From: Candidatus Poriferisocius sp.
GTDB taxonomy: Bacteria; Actinomycetota; Acidimicrobiia; Acidimicrobiales; Bin134
Length of the DNA: 64,000 nucleotides
Assembly (NCBI RefSeq): GCF_965204145.1
Contig: NZ_OZ241977.1
Span: 1,754,887 to 1,818,886 of the forward strand
Direction of reading: 5' to 3'
Part shown: positions 1 to 10,586 of the stretch, piece after piece
How the letters are laid out: every line of letters starts with the position of its first letter
Position numbering within the stretch: the first letter of the stretch is position 1
Made by a program: the position numbers and the translations under genes
The notes under the pieces: model-generated
Databases searched by the model: none
Told to the model about the DNA's origin: nothing
Seen by the model: only the letters and a program-made list of their open reading frames with translations

Positions 1-1089
1 ATCAGCCGGTCGCTCAAGCCGCAGCAGGTGCACGTCGGCGACGAATGCCAAGTGCGGCTGGAAATGGCCAACCCCGGCGTGTTCCGCAGCCCGGTGCTGC
101 GACTGGCTGATCAAGTCTCGTTCTCTACCAAGAGCTCAACCAGCTCCTTCCAGTCTCCCGACCTGTTGGTGGCACCGGTTCGCACTGATGACGAGCTCAC
201 CGTTGCCTACCGGCTCCCCACCGAGGAGCGGGGAAGGGTCGTCGTCGGGCCGCTCACGCTGACGGTGACCGATCCACTCAGCATGTCCGCCCGGCATTTC
301 CAGTTCGGCGGCAAAGCAGAGGCGCTGGTCTACCCGGCCATGTATCCCATCGGGCCGCCGCCGCGCCTGCCGGGGAGCTCGTTCGACGCCGTCCGGCGCA
401 GCCCCATGGCCCAAAGCGGCGACGAGTTGTACGGCTTGCGCCCGTTCCAGAGAGGCGACGACCCCCGGCGCATCCACTGGCGATCTTCGGCCCACCACGA
501 CGAGCTGATTGTCCGCCAGTTCGAGGAGTTCTCCCACACCCACACCACCGTTTTGCTGGACACTCGGGGCGCGCTGCTGGGCACTGAGGCCGACGGCGAG
601 CGCTTCGAGGCCATGGTCTCGGCCGCGGCCAGCATCTGCCGGGCCAGCCAGCATCGAGGAGACCAGGTCCGCCTGATCACCACTGCGGACTTCGACAGCG
701 GCTACGGATCTGATTCTGCCCACCTTCACAAGATCTATGAGCACCTGGCTCTGATCAGCCCCGACGTCGGAACCTTGATGGGCGCTGTCGAACGGCTGGG
801 CCGAGAGCACGGCGGCGGGCTGCTGGTGGCCGTGGCCGCCGCGGTCGACGGAACCGAGCCCCGGTCGCTCATGCCCTTGGGCTCCCAATTCAGCTCCAAG
901 ACGGTTGTGCTGTTCGCCCCGGCCAAAGGGGGGCAACCGCCCCCGGCCTTCATTCCGGACACAACCCTGCTGCCCGTGAGCGAGCCCTCGGGATTCACCG
1001 GCGCATGGGCCGCTCATTCGACCTCCGGCGAAGATCCCTCGACAAGGCCCCGCTCGTCGGCCTCGGCTTCCGCCGACAGACGCCCATGA
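1..1089 (+). CDS. DUF58 domain protein (5' truncated by window edge)
   Basis: Motifs RG..VGPL...DP and ELYGLRPFQRGDDPRRIHWRSSA; vWA-like VLLD; frame is open to the window start. Confidence 0.85.
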   Translation: MSRSLKPQQVHVGDECQVRLEMANPGVFRSPVLRLADQVSFSTKSSTSSFQSPDLLVAPVRTDDELTVAYRLPTEERGRVVVGPLTLTVTDPLSMSARHFQFGGKAEALVYPAMYPIGPPPRLPGSSFDAVRRSPMAQSGDELYGLRPFQRGDDPRRIHWRSSAHHDELIVRQFEEFSHTHTTVLLDTRGALLGTEADGERFEAMVSAAASICRASQHRGDQVRLITTADFDSGYGSDSAHLHKIYEHLALISPDVGTLMGAVERLGREHGGGLLVAVAAAVDGTEPRSLMPLGSQFSSKTVVLFAPAKGGQPPPAFIPDTTLLPVSEPSGFTGAWAAHSTSGEDPSTRPRSSASASADRRP

Positions 1090-3431
1090 TCGGCTCCCGA
1101 GACTCTCGCAGGGGTCGGGCGGCCGAGTGGGAAATTCCCTTGGAATCGACTGGACCGATTCTGACGGCGGCCACCGCCTTCGGCCTCATCCGCGTCTTCC
1201 AGGGAGACGACTGGGTTCTGCCTGTGTTCATCGCTGCCGCGGTCAGCCATCTGCTGGCGCTGGCCGTGCGCCGTATCGGCTGGGGAATGCCGATCTCGGC
1301 TGTGGTCACCGGAGTCGGCCTGATTTTCACAGTCACCTGGACCCGCTACTGGGACACTGCGTTCTGGGGCCTGCCGGTCGGAGACACCTGGACAGTGCTG
1401 CCCGACGACTTGGAGCAGGCCTGGGCCAACTTCGGAGAACTCAGCCCCCCGGTGGAGCCGGTCAACGGTTTCATCGTGAGTGCCATGGCCGGGATATGGC
1501 TGCTGGCATTCCTCAACGACTGGACGGCGATGCGGATGCGGGCCCTGTTCGAACCCATGGTTCTGCCCATCGTCGCCTTCGGCTTCATGGGGCTGGTAGG
1601 CGACGGCCAGCACCGCATTCTCACCATCGGGCTGTTCACCGCAGCATTGCTGCTGTTCGCCACGATTCACCGGGTGTCGGCCCGCACCGCAGGGGCCGCG
1701 TGGCTGGGGGGCGAAGGCCGGGCCTCGAGCGGGCGCCGGGCGTTGCTGGGCGGAAGCGCCGCCATCGCGGCGGTTGCCTTGGCGGGGGCGATCGCCGCAG
1801 GTCCGGCCCTGGGCAGCAGCGAAGACCCATTGGTCGACCTGACCGAGGCCGTCGAGCGAGGGCGGAGGAGTTCGGGGAGGGTGGTGATCAGCCCTCTGGT
1901 GGACATCAGGGGCCGACTGGTAAATCAGAGTGACACATTGATGTTCCAGGTGAGGGCGGAGGAGCGGTCCTATTGGCGCCTCACCTCGCTGGACCAGTTC
2001 GACGGACAGGTGTGGACGTCCCGTGCCGAGTACGCCGCTCGACCCACACAGCTGCCGTCCCTCTTCCGATCAGGCTCCAGCGTGCAGGAATCGGTGCAGC
2101 AATTCAACATCGAACGGCTGGGTGCGGTCTGGCTGCCTGCGGCGTTCGAACCCCGGTCGCTGGTCTCGACCACTGACGACACAGGCAATGGCGACATCAG
2201 CTACGAGCCCTCGTCCTCGACGCTCATCGTCGGGCGCTCTCTGGCCAGTTCCAACGGCCTCTCCTACACCGTCACCTCCGCGCTGCCCCGATTCGACCCC
2301 GAGGTGCTCAGGAGCATTCCCCTCGATGCCGTGGGGACCACCCCGGTGGACTCCTACACCTCGCTGCCGTCGGACTTCAGCCCCCGAGCTCGGGATCTGG
2401 CCGCCCAACTGACCGCCGGGGCCCGATCGGGCTACGAACGGGCGCTCGCCCTCCAAGGTTTCTTCCGCAATGGGGGCTTCGTTTACGACGCCAATGTGGC
2501 GCCTGGCCATTCCGGGAACCGAATCGAGGAGTTCCTGGCCAACCGACGGGGGTACTGCGAGCAGTTTGCCGGCACGTTCGCGGCCATGGCCCGGTCGGTG
2601 GGTCTCCCAGCGCGGGTGGCAGTGGGATTCACTGTGGGCGAAGCCGACCCGGACGATCCCAACCTCTATCTGGTTTACGGAAGACACGCCCATGCCTGGC
2701 CCGAGGTGTTCCTGGCCGGCGTTGGGTGGGTGGCCTTCGAGCCCACACCGGGCCGGGGCGCCCCGGGCGCCCAGAACTACACCGGCCTGGCCGAAGACCA
2801 AGCCGTCAGCGGATCTGGTCTCGAGGCTCTGGGGGCAGAGCCGCTCACCGGCCCTGCCGGCCCTCTTGAGCCCCCGACCGACTTCGAGAGCCTCTTTCCC
2901 CCCGATTCGCCGGAATTCGGCGACACCCAGCCAGAAGCCGGCGATGACGGCGGGATGACTTGGAGAACTTGGATTGCCATACTGGCCCCGCCGCTTGCCG
3001 GGCTGCTTATCCTGCTCATCCCCTGGCTCAAGAGATTCCAAAATCAACGGCGATTTCTGAAGATCACGGGCAACCGGGGGAAGATCAGGCTGCTTTGGAC
3101 AGAGACCGTGGAGTCGTTGGCGCTCATCAACATGACCCCTCGGCCCGACGAGACCTACACCGAATTCGCCAGTCGGGCCATCAACCAAGTCCCGCTCCAC
3201 AGCCCGGACCTTCGACAATTGGGCGAGCTGGCCGCGGCCGCAACCTTCGCGCCGTCGGAGCCCACCGACCACAACCAGTGGCTGGCCCGCACCTGGTCGT
3301 TGTCGGTGCGCTCCGAGGTCAACTTCAGGGTGAGCCGGTGGCAGAAGCTGGCGGCCGCGTTCAATCCTCAGCCGCTTGTCAGCTCACGGCGGCGAAGACC
3401 GCAGGGCCCAAGCTGGAAGATCGGCCCCTAA
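1086..3431 (+). CDS. Transglutaminase-like membrane protein (DUF3488 + TGc)
   Basis: N-terminal TM helices; GYCEQFA and HAWPEV...GWVAFEPTP catalytic motifs; ATGA overlap with the DUF58 stop. Confidence 0.9.
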   Translation: MIGSRDSRRGRAAEWEIPLESTGPILTAATAFGLIRVFQGDDWVLPVFIAAAVSHLLALAVRRIGWGMPISAVVTGVGLIFTVTWTRYWDTAFWGLPVGDTWTVLPDDLEQAWANFGELSPPVEPVNGFIVSAMAGIWLLAFLNDWTAMRMRALFEPMVLPIVAFGFMGLVGDGQHRILTIGLFTAALLLFATIHRVSARTAGAAWLGGEGRASSGRRALLGGSAAIAAVALAGAIAAGPALGSSEDPLVDLTEAVERGRRSSGRVVISPLVDIRGRLVNQSDTLMFQVRAEERSYWRLTSLDQFDGQVWTSRAEYAARPTQLPSLFRSGSSVQESVQQFNIERLGAVWLPAAFEPRSLVSTTDDTGNGDISYEPSSSTLIVGRSLASSNGLSYTVTSALPRFDPEVLRSIPLDAVGTTPVDSYTSLPSDFSPRARDLAAQLTAGARSGYERALALQGFFRNGGFVYDANVAPGHSGNRIEEFLANRRGYCEQFAGTFAAMARSVGLPARVAVGFTVGEADPDDPNLYLVYGRHAHAWPEVFLAGVGWVAFEPTPGRGAPGAQNYTGLAEDQAVSGSGLEALGAEPLTGPAGPLEPPTDFESLFPPDSPEFGDTQPEAGDDGGMTWRTWIAILAPPLAGLLILLIPWLKRFQNQRRFLKITGNRGKIRLLWTETVESLALINMTPRPDETYTEFASRAINQVPLHSPDLRQLGELAAAATFAPSEPTDHNQWLARTWSLSVRSEVNFRVSRWQKLAAAFNPQPLVSSRRRRPQGPSWKIGP

Positions 3432-3461
3432 GCGCGACCAGGTTTGTCTCAGGTTGTCCAG

Positions 3462-3848
3462 CTAGGACCGCTCGGCGTCGCCGCGGCGCAGGCGGTTGAC
3501 GATTCGGCGGCCCGGTGACCTCAGGAAGCTGCTCACGTCGCCGCGGTTGATGCTGTCGCTGATCTGCTGGAGCCCGAACCGGCCGAGCTGGCGCAGGTTG
3601 CTCCACCCCCAGAGCGACGCCGCCAACATGACCAGAAAACCCAGGAAAGACAGCAAGTACGAGGTGGAAAGGGTCAGGATCATGAAGACCAACCCCGCGA
3701 TGCAGCCCAGAATCGCCAGCCGGAGGTTGCGGGCAGGATGGGTGAAAACCGTGGTGCGGCCGACCTCGCGGGCCAGCGCAGGGTCGGTTTCATAGAGCTG
3801 TTCCTCTATTTCGCTAAGGATGCGTTGCTCGTCCTCGGAGAGTGGCAC
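3462..3848 (-). CDS. DUF3040 domain membrane protein
   Basis: MPLSEDEQRILSEIEEQLYETDPALA followed by two TM helices. Confidence 0.85.
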   Translation of the reverse strand: MPLSEDEQRILSEIEEQLYETDPALAREVGRTTVFTHPARNLRLAILGCIAGLVFMILTLSTSYLLSFLGFLVMLAASLWGWSNLRQLGRFGLQQISDSINRGDVSSFLRSPGRRIVNRLRRGDAERS

Positions 3849-3915
3849 TTTCTAAGTGTCTCACAGCCCAACCCGCCAAACAATGCCAGCCGCTCGCGGG
3901 CGCGGCCCGACGCGC

Positions 3916-5166
3916 TCACTTCTGCCGGGACCAGCCCATTCCCCGGGGGCCGCCGTCGGCAGCTCCGCCGGTCTGGATGACCTCGCTCCCAAAGCGGTCC
4001 CTGATGCGATCGACAGCCCGGTCGACGTCGTGCCATGAGGGGGTGCTGGCGTCTTCCAGCGAGAGCTGGCGCTGGCCGTGATCCTCCAGATCCGATACCC
4101 CCACCCCGATCAAACGCACCCCCGGGGCAACATCCACGGACCCCAGCAGCCGCTTGGCCTCCCGCGCCAACACCACCCCGGAGTCGACCGAGCTGGCCAG
4201 GGTGTGCGACCGGGTGATGGTGCTGAAGTCCCCGAAGCGGATCTTGATGATCACCGTGCGTCCCGCCACTCCGGCGGCCCGCAGCCGGGAGGCCACCGAA
4301 TCGCTCAAGGCCACCAGCTCCGCGCCGAGGTCCTCTTGGGTGTGCAGGTCGCGGGCAAACGTCTTCTCGTGGCTGATCGACTTGGCTGCCGTCTCAGGAA
4401 TCACCGGCCGAGGGTCGATGGCGTTGGCCAAGTTGTGCATATGCCGGCCATGGGCCTTGCCCACGATCCCCTCCAACCGCTCCAGGGGGAAGTCGGCCAA
4501 CTCGCCGATGGTGGCGATGCCGACGCGGTTGAGGTGGGCCAGCGTGGCCGGACCCACCCCCCAGATGTCGCTGACCGGGCGAGGCGACAAGAAGGCCAGC
4601 TCTTCGCCCACCGGCACCTCGAACACTCCGGCCCCGCCCGACGGCCCCGACGGGGTGGGCTCGGGCTTGGCCAGCTTGGAGCCCAGTTTGGCCAAGAACT
4701 TGACTGCGGCCACCCCCACCGCGCAGTTGATGCCCTCCTCGGTGCGGACCTGCTTTCGGATCAGATGGCCGATCTCCACCGGGGGGCGATGGGCGCCGGA
4801 CACATCCAAGAACGCCTCATCCACCGACAGGGGTTCAACCAGGGGGGTGAACGACCGCAGGATGCCCATGATGCGCCCGCTCACCTCGGAGTACAGCTCG
4901 TGGTCACCGGGCAAGAACACAATCTCCGGGCAGAGTCGGCGCGCCTGCCCCGAGGGCATGGCCGATGAAACCCCGTAGGCCCGGGCCTCATAGGAGGCCG
5001 ACGCCACCACCCCCCGGCTGCCCGAGCCGCCCACCGCCACCGGCAGACCACGCAGTTCCGGGCGCCGGAGTATCTCCACCGACACGAAGAAGGCATCCAT
5101 GTCCACGTGCAGGATGGACCCCGACTGGGTCTGCCTGCTGCCGCTGCTGAAATCCTCCACCGTCAT
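3916..5166 (-). CDS. dinB: DNA polymerase IV
   Basis: HVDMDAFFVSVE, ASYEAR and SVDEAFLD Y-family motifs. Confidence 0.95.
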   Translation of the reverse strand: MTVEDFSSGSRQTQSGSILHVDMDAFFVSVEILRRPELRGLPVAVGGSGSRGVVASASYEARAYGVSSAMPSGQARRLCPEIVFLPGDHELYSEVSGRIMGILRSFTPLVEPLSVDEAFLDVSGAHRPPVEIGHLIRKQVRTEEGINCAVGVAAVKFLAKLGSKLAKPEPTPSGPSGGAGVFEVPVGEELAFLSPRPVSDIWGVGPATLAHLNRVGIATIGELADFPLERLEGIVGKAHGRHMHNLANAIDPRPVIPETAAKSISHEKTFARDLHTQEDLGAELVALSDSVASRLRAAGVAGRTVIIKIRFGDFSTITRSHTLASSVDSGVVLAREAKRLLGSVDVAPGVRLIGVGVSDLEDHGQRQLSLEDASTPSWHDVDRAVDRIRDRFGSEVIQTGGAADGGPRGMGWSRQK

Positions 5167-5179
5167 TGCTACAGCTTCG

Positions 5180-5689
5180 CTACAGCCTTGTGACCGCGAG
5201 ACCGTCGATCTCAGTCCCGGTCACCTCGTAGCGATAGGTCAGCATCTGATCAGGGCGCTCGCGGCACCACTCCAACAGCGGCTCGCGCACCCAACGGGGA
5301 CTGTGGACCAGGCGGGTCTCGCATTCATCAGAATCATAAAAATCGGCGTGCTCCACGATGCCGTCGGGATCCTCCAGCACGATCTCCCCGTTCCAGTCCA
5401 CCGCCCGATGGGCCTCCACCCGCAGCCGCCAGCCCAAGTCGGTGAAGTCCACGGTTATCTCATACAGCGGCCCCTCCCAGAGATGCACGCGGATCCCGGT
5501 CTCCTCCAGCACTTCCCGGCCGAGCGCCTCCAGCATCGTCTCCCCCGGATCCACCACTCCGCCGGGCGTGCTCCACTCCACCGAGTCGTTGCGGCGCCGG
5601 TTCCGCACCAGCAGCATCTGCTCCCCCCGCAGCACCACTCCCCCGGCCACCTCCCAATCCCGAACTCGCCCCGGCGCTGCCTCCGCCAC
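5180..5689 (-). CDS. NUDIX hydrolase
   Basis: Nudix box GGVVDPGETMLEALGREVLEETG; start placed at GTG 5689, 6 nt after a CATACT -10-like box (ORF track extends to 5758). Confidence 0.8.
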   Translation of the reverse strand: MAEAAPGRVRDWEVAGGVVLRGEQMLLVRNRRRNDSVEWSTPGGVVDPGETMLEALGREVLEETGIRVHLWEGPLYEITVDFTDLGWRLRVEAHRAVDWNGEIVLEDPDGIVEHADFYDSDECETRLVHSPRWVREPLLEWCRERPDQMLTYRYEVTGTEIDGLAVTRL

Positions 5690-5721
5690 TTCACCAGTAT
5701 GGCCCGACCCAGCGACAGCAC

Positions 5722-5761
5722 GCCCTGAGATCAACTCGGAGTCCAGCCCTGAGATCAACTC
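5722..5761. repeat. 16-bp direct repeat GCCCTGAGATCAACTC x2
   Basis: Copies at 5722-5737 and 5746-5761, overlapping the HNH gene stop. Confidence 0.85.
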
Positions 5762-7035
5762 AACAGCACAGGTTCAACGTTGCAGGGCCGATGGTTGCTC
5801 ACTCCTACATCGGGAAATGGCTCGGACTCATGCGGAGGCGAATTGGATTTGGATTTCCAGGGTGGGAGATCAGCGCGAGGCTCGGGTGGCGGTCGCAACT
5901 CATAGGTGCCGTCTTGGAGTCGATGCACAACCCAGCCGTCGTCGTGGATGCTGTGGTGGCAGCTGGGGCACACCAGCACCAGATTGTCGATGTCGGTGAG
6001 CCCGCCTCGGAACCATTCGACGATGTGATGCACTTCGCACCAAGCGGCCGAGCGACCGCAGCCGATGCAGTGCTTGTCCCGGACGATGAGAGCATCCCGC
6101 TGGGCGTCGGTAGCCGAGCGGTACTTGCGTCCCACCCACAGTTCCTGGCCCTCAGTGTCGAACACGGCAGGCAGGATGTCGGCGTTGCAGCCCAGCCGCA
6201 GAGCCTCAGACAGAGGCAGCGGCGTACCGTCGAGCAGGCGGGCGTCGGCCAGCTTCTGATTCAGCGAGTCCCAATCGGCGGTCACCACCAAGGTGGTGCC
6301 CTGCGGCTTGCGATCGCCAGACTCGGCGCAGACCAGGTTCTCCAGGGCGTCGGCCAGGCGCTGGTTGAACGTAGCCTGATCGGCCGCCGCTTTGTCGCTA
6401 TTGGCGTTTCGCAGACGGCGTTCCTCATCGGCCAGCGCAGCCTCGATCCGATTCCCGGCTACGGGATCGAACCGGCCGTTCAAGATGAACATGCCGTCGT
6501 CGGGCGACTTGAAGAAGCTCAAGTCGCGGCGCTGGCGCTGCTTGGCCATCAGCGACTTGCCGTCATCGCCCGATTGCTCGTGCTGGTGGTCGCGTAATGT
6601 CCGGGAGAAGGTGCCAAAGTCCTGGTGTCGGGCCGCTTCCACCAGCACGGTTTCGTCAACCGGCCCCTGGGAAGCGGCTTTGGCGATCTGGGTGGCGTGG
6701 GCCGCGGGAATGTCCCCGGCACCCAGCGCGTCGAGGGTTTCGGGAACCTGGGAAAACTGGGAGGCGGTCTCCACCTCCCGCCGAGCCTGCTGCTTGGAGG
6801 CCTGAAGCTCTTCAAGAGCCACCCGGCGGGCCAAACCCTTGCCTGCCCGATTGGAATACGCAGCCAGCGTGGCCGTCTTCATCGCAGCCAGTCGAGCCTC
6901 AGCCTTCTTGATCAACCCCAGCCGCGCCCGCAACTCCGACAACGACAACCCATCGACATCAACCACCTCCGGCCAAACCGCCCCAGATGGCTTGTCTTCA
7001 GCTCGTTTCCCCTGTTCAAGAGGCCCAAACTCCAT
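5755..7035 (-). CDS. DUF222 / HNH endonuclease (13E12-repeat-like)
   Basis: RDKHCIGC..CEVHHIVEW..GG.TDIDNLVLVCPSCHH HNH motif; DUF222-like helical N-terminus. Confidence 0.9.
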   Translation of the reverse strand: MEFGPLEQGKRAEDKPSGAVWPEVVDVDGLSLSELRARLGLIKKAEARLAAMKTATLAAYSNRAGKGLARRVALEELQASKQQARREVETASQFSQVPETLDALGAGDIPAAHATQIAKAASQGPVDETVLVEAARHQDFGTFSRTLRDHQHEQSGDDGKSLMAKQRQRRDLSFFKSPDDGMFILNGRFDPVAGNRIEAALADEERRLRNANSDKAAADQATFNQRLADALENLVCAESGDRKPQGTTLVVTADWDSLNQKLADARLLDGTPLPLSEALRLGCNADILPAVFDTEGQELWVGRKYRSATDAQRDALIVRDKHCIGCGRSAAWCEVHHIVEWFRGGLTDIDNLVLVCPSCHHSIHDDGWVVHRLQDGTYELRPPPEPRADLPPWKSKSNSPPHESEPFPDVGVSNHRPCNVEPVLLS

Positions 7036-7042
7036 ACATGCA

Positions 7043-7064
7043 AGTATACCGACCCCTGTGACAA
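7043..7064 (-). promoter_or_regulatory. Putative leaderless promoter of the HNH gene, PafBC/RecA-NDp-like
   Basis: TTGTCA-N10-TATACT, 7 nt before the ATG. Confidence 0.45.
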
Positions 7065-7319
7065 CATCCCCCTGAATAAGCGTGAACAGGCTAATTTATC
7101 TTGTAATTTATTGAACTTAGTTAAACATAAGCAACATGGTCCACAATCCTCCACGGTCCAGACCCTGTCGCCACCCTCCGAAACCCTCAATTCCGTTGTG
7201 ACTGGGGCGAAAACTTGAACCTCCGCTTCACATCCAGAAAATCAAGAGTCAGAGGTCCCATCGCAGGGGCTGGGCTGATCACCCCCAACAATCACAACAA
7301 GCGGCGTCGCAGCCGGACT

Positions 7320-7655
7320 CAGATTCGGCGCTTCGGCGACCGCAGACGCGCCGCCGCCAAAGCCATCGAGAAGAACATCGAAGAACGCCTCGACGACGCC
7401 GTGCGCAAGAACCCCACCCGGCGAGACCTCGCCGAGCGGTTCCGACGACTCATCGACGAACTCGTCCTCGACTGGAAACGCAAACGACAAACCCTCTCAG
7501 CCGTCAAAGTCACCGTACGCAAGACCCTCGACAACGAACTGCCCGACATCTACGGATCCGAGCTGTTCGACCAAAAGGTCAGCGCCGTCTTCGAGCACAT
7601 CTACGCCAGCTACTACAACAACGGGGAGTCGGTGTATAGCCAATCGCCCCCGTAA
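7320..7655 (+). pseudogene. hsdR: Remnant of type I restriction HsdR C-terminus (DUF3387-like)
   Basis: RKNPTR.DL.ERF..LIDE and LVLDWKRK....AVKVTVRKTLD.ELPD.Y..ELFDQKV..VFEHIY; nuclease and helicase parts absent. Confidence 0.7.
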
Positions 7656-7664
7656 CATGGGCGG

Positions 7665-7952
7665 ATGGTCGATCCGGGGTCTTCTGAGGAGCGGTCGGCG
7701 CTTCCGCCCAGGGGGGCGCGGTGGCTGGCCTTTGCCTCGATTCTGATCGGGGGGCTGTGCGGGGGGTTGATCGGGTTCGCCTTTATCGACCTTCAGTGCG
7801 AGGGCAACTGCGGCCTGTGGACCGGGCTCGGCGCATTGGTCGGCGCATTGGTGGGCGCGGTGGGCTTGGCCGTGGTGGCGATATTGACGTTGCGGGCCAT
7901 GGAGGAGTGGCGTCGCTTCGGCGGCCGCCGACAGGATCGCGATCGCGACTAG
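7665..7952 (+). CDS. Small membrane protein
   Basis: Two TM helices around a CEGNC loop; TAACAT 6 nt upstream. Confidence 0.75.
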   Translation: MVDPGSSEERSALPPRGARWLAFASILIGGLCGGLIGFAFIDLQCEGNCGLWTGLGALVGALVGAVGLAVVAILTLRAMEEWRRFGGRRQDRDRD

Positions 7953-8996
7953 CTAAGCCGGGGCGGAGGACAACGCGGCGACGGCCCGCTCGATGTCGGC
8001 GTCGCCCACGTCCAGATGGGTGACAAAGCGCACGATGCCCGGCGCCAGCAGCCCGGCTCGGATGCCGGCCTGATGGAGGTGGTCCAACAGGCGCGGCGCG
8101 TCGGGGTGGCGAAACGCCACCACGTTGGTGTGCGGACGGCCGCGGGCCGCTTCCGCCTCGCCCAAGCGGGCGCCTGGCCACCGCTCAGCCACAGCATCGC
8201 CCAGGCGCTGCGCCCGGTCGTGGTCGTCGGCCAGCCGATCGATGTGGTGGTCGAGGGCATACAGCCCGCCGGCCGCGATCACCCCGGCTTGCCGCATGGC
8301 CCCGCCCAGCCGCCGCCGGTGCAATCGGGCTTCGGCAATCAGGTCGGCGGGCCCGGCCAGGAGCGAACCCACCGGCGCCCCCAATCCCTTGGACACACAG
8401 GACATGACTGTGGTCGCCGCGCTGGCCAGTTCTTCAGCAGGGGTTCCCAATGCGACGGCGGCGTTGAACAGGCGGGCGCCGTCCAGATGCACCGGCGGTC
8501 CCAGTGCGGCGGCCGCGGCCATTTCCCCAGCCCCGACGGCCAAGCCGCCCGAGGCCAGATGGGTGTTCTCAAGGCAGATGAGCGATACCGGGGGCCAAAA
8601 GCCGCCGCTCCCGGCCGCCACGGCCTCGGCGGCGGCTTCCGTGTCGATCACCCCGCCGGTGTCGTTCACCGCGTAGATCTGGAAGGCATTGTTGAACCCG
8701 GCCGCACCGCTCTCGTAGGACATCAAATGCTGTCGCCGACCCACCACCACGTTGCTTCCCGCTGCTCCGTGCAGCCGCAGAGCGATCTGATTGCCCATCG
8801 TGCCCGACGGCACGTACACCGCGGCAGGCTTGCCCACCAGTTCGGCAAACCGCTCCTCCAAACGGTTGACCGTGGGATCCTCCCCATAGCGGTCATCGCC
8901 GACCGGCGCAGTGGCCATGGCCTGCCGCATGGCCTCGGTCGGCTGCGTCAGCGTGTCCGACCGCAAATCCACCACTCCACGAGATGCCATCGCCAT
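7953..8996 (-). CDS. ltaE: Low-specificity L-threonine aldolase
   Basis: [39 protein letters not shown]. Confidence 0.92.
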   Translation of the reverse strand: MAMASRGVVDLRSDTLTQPTEAMRQAMATAPVGDDRYGEDPTVNRLEERFAELVGKPAAVYVPSGTMGNQIALRLHGAAGSNVVVGRRQHLMSYESGAAGFNNAFQIYAVNDTGGVIDTEAAAEAVAAGSGGFWPPVSLICLENTHLASGGLAVGAGEMAAAAALGPPVHLDGARLFNAAVALGTPAEELASAATTVMSCVSKGLGAPVGSLLAGPADLIAEARLHRRRLGGAMRQAGVIAAGGLYALDHHIDRLADDHDRAQRLGDAVAERWPGARLGEAEAARGRPHTNVVAFRHPDAPRLLDHLHQAGIRAGLLAPGIVRFVTHLDVGDADIERAVAALSSAPA

Positions 8997-9013
8997 CAGC
9001 GTAGAGTTCAGCT

Positions 9014-9838
9014 GTGCCAGAGACCGAACCCTCTTCAGTGCCGGCTGGTCCAGAGTGGGACCACCTGGAGAAGCTGGCGGCGGAGGCCGCGGAAGTCGCG
9101 GCTTCGCTGCTGCGAGCCCAGACCGGTGCCCAGCTTCAGATCTCGGCCAAGTCGTCGCGTACCGACCTTGTCACCGACATGGACGTGGCCTGCGAGGCCG
9201 CCATCGTGGAGTTCTTGACCGCCTGGCGGCCCGATGACGCCATCCTGGGCGAGGAGGGCTCGGGACGTGACGGCACCACCGGCGTGCGCTGGATCATCGA
9301 CCCCATCGACGGCACGGTGAACTTCGTCCACGGCCACCCGGGCTTCGGGGTATCGGTGGCTGCCGAGGCCGCCGGCCAGGTCGTCGCCGGCGCGGTGATC
9401 GATCCAATGCTCAACGAGACGTTCACCGCGCACCGGGGCGGCGGGGCCCGGGTCAACGGAAGTCCCATCCACGTGCGCCCCGACGGCGATCTGGCGCTGG
9501 CCCTGGTGGCCACCGGGTTCTCCTATGCCCACGAACGCCGGCGGCGCCAGGCGGAAGTGCTCGGGGAGCTGCTGCCGGTCATCGGCGATATCCGGCGAGT
9601 GGGAGGGGCGGCGGTCGATCTCTGCTCGGTGGCCTGCGGCCGGGTGGACGCCTTCTTCGAAGTCGGGCTGAATCCGTGGGACTATGCCGCGGGGGTCCTC
9701 ATTTGCGAGGAGGCCGGCGCAATCGTCCAAGACCTGAACGGGGGGGCTCCCAGCAGCGATTTCGTGTTCGCCGCGTCGCCAGGAGTGGCCGACACCCTGC
9801 TGAAACTGCTCAAGGATGCCGAAGCCGACCAACTATGA
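9014..9838 (+). CDS. Inositol monophosphatase family protein
   Basis: [12 protein letters not shown] and WDYAAG motifs. Confidence 0.92.
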   Translation: MPETEPSSVPAGPEWDHLEKLAAEAAEVAASLLRAQTGAQLQISAKSSRTDLVTDMDVACEAAIVEFLTAWRPDDAILGEEGSGRDGTTGVRWIIDPIDGTVNFVHGHPGFGVSVAAEAAGQVVAGAVIDPMLNETFTAHRGGGARVNGSPIHVRPDGDLALALVATGFSYAHERRRRQAEVLGELLPVIGDIRRVGGAAVDLCSVACGRVDAFFEVGLNPWDYAAGVLICEEAGAIVQDLNGGAPSSDFVFAASPGVADTLLKLLKDAEADQL

Positions 9839-9884
9839 GCCCTCCTGCCACGCATTTGCACTGAAAATCAGGCACCATTTCAGG

Positions 9885-10565
9885 GTGGGAACTCGCATCC
9901 TGGCCATTGAGGACGACGAGAGGATCCGCACCGCGGTCCGCCTTGCCCTCGAAGACGAGGGCTGGGATGTGCTGGAGGCGGCCAACGGGCAGGAGGCGTT
10001 CGCCGCTTTCTCGGAGGCACCCGCCGACGTCGTTCTCATCGACATCATGCTTCCCGATGTCGACGGGTTCGAGGTGTGCCGCACGCTCCGCCGCTCCAGC
10101 GACGTGCCCATCATCATGGTCACGGCCCGAGCCGACACCCACGATGTGGTCGCCGGCCTCGAGGCGGGCGCGGACGACTACTTGACCAAGCCGTTCGCTC
10201 CCAAGGAGCTCTCGGCCCGCATCCGCGCCCTGTTGCGCCGAGTCCGCACCACCGACACCTCCATGACCGACCTGCGCTTCGGGCAACTGGAGATCATGCC
10301 CGAACAAGGGGTGGTGACCGTCAACGGCGAAGAGGCCCACCTCACCAAGACGGAGTTCCGCCTCTTGGTGGAGTTGGCCACCAACTCCGGCAAAGTGCTG
10401 AGCCGAGAGGTGCTCCTCGAGCGGGTGTGGGATCTCGGGTACTTCGGCGACGGCCGCTTAGTGGACGTCCACATCCGGCGGTTGCGCACCAAGATCGAGA
10501 CCGACCCGGCCAACCCGCGTTACGTGGTCACCGTCCGCGGCCTCGGGTACAAGCTCCAGGCCTAG
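9885..10565 (+). CDS. OmpR-family response regulator
   Basis: IEDD, DIMLP, GADDYLTKPF, VDVHIRRLRTKIE; GTG start inferred at 9885. Confidence 0.92.
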   Translation: MGTRILAIEDDERIRTAVRLALEDEGWDVLEAANGQEAFAAFSEAPADVVLIDIMLPDVDGFEVCRTLRRSSDVPIIMVTARADTHDVVAGLEAGADDYLTKPFAPKELSARIRALLRRVRTTDTSMTDLRFGQLEIMPEQGVVTVNGEEAHLTKTEFRLLVELATNSGKVLSREVLLERVWDLGYFGDGRLVDVHIRRLRTKIETDPANPRYVVTVRGLGYKLQA

Positions 10566-10586
10566 AGGCCTGGAGGCGTCGCTCGA

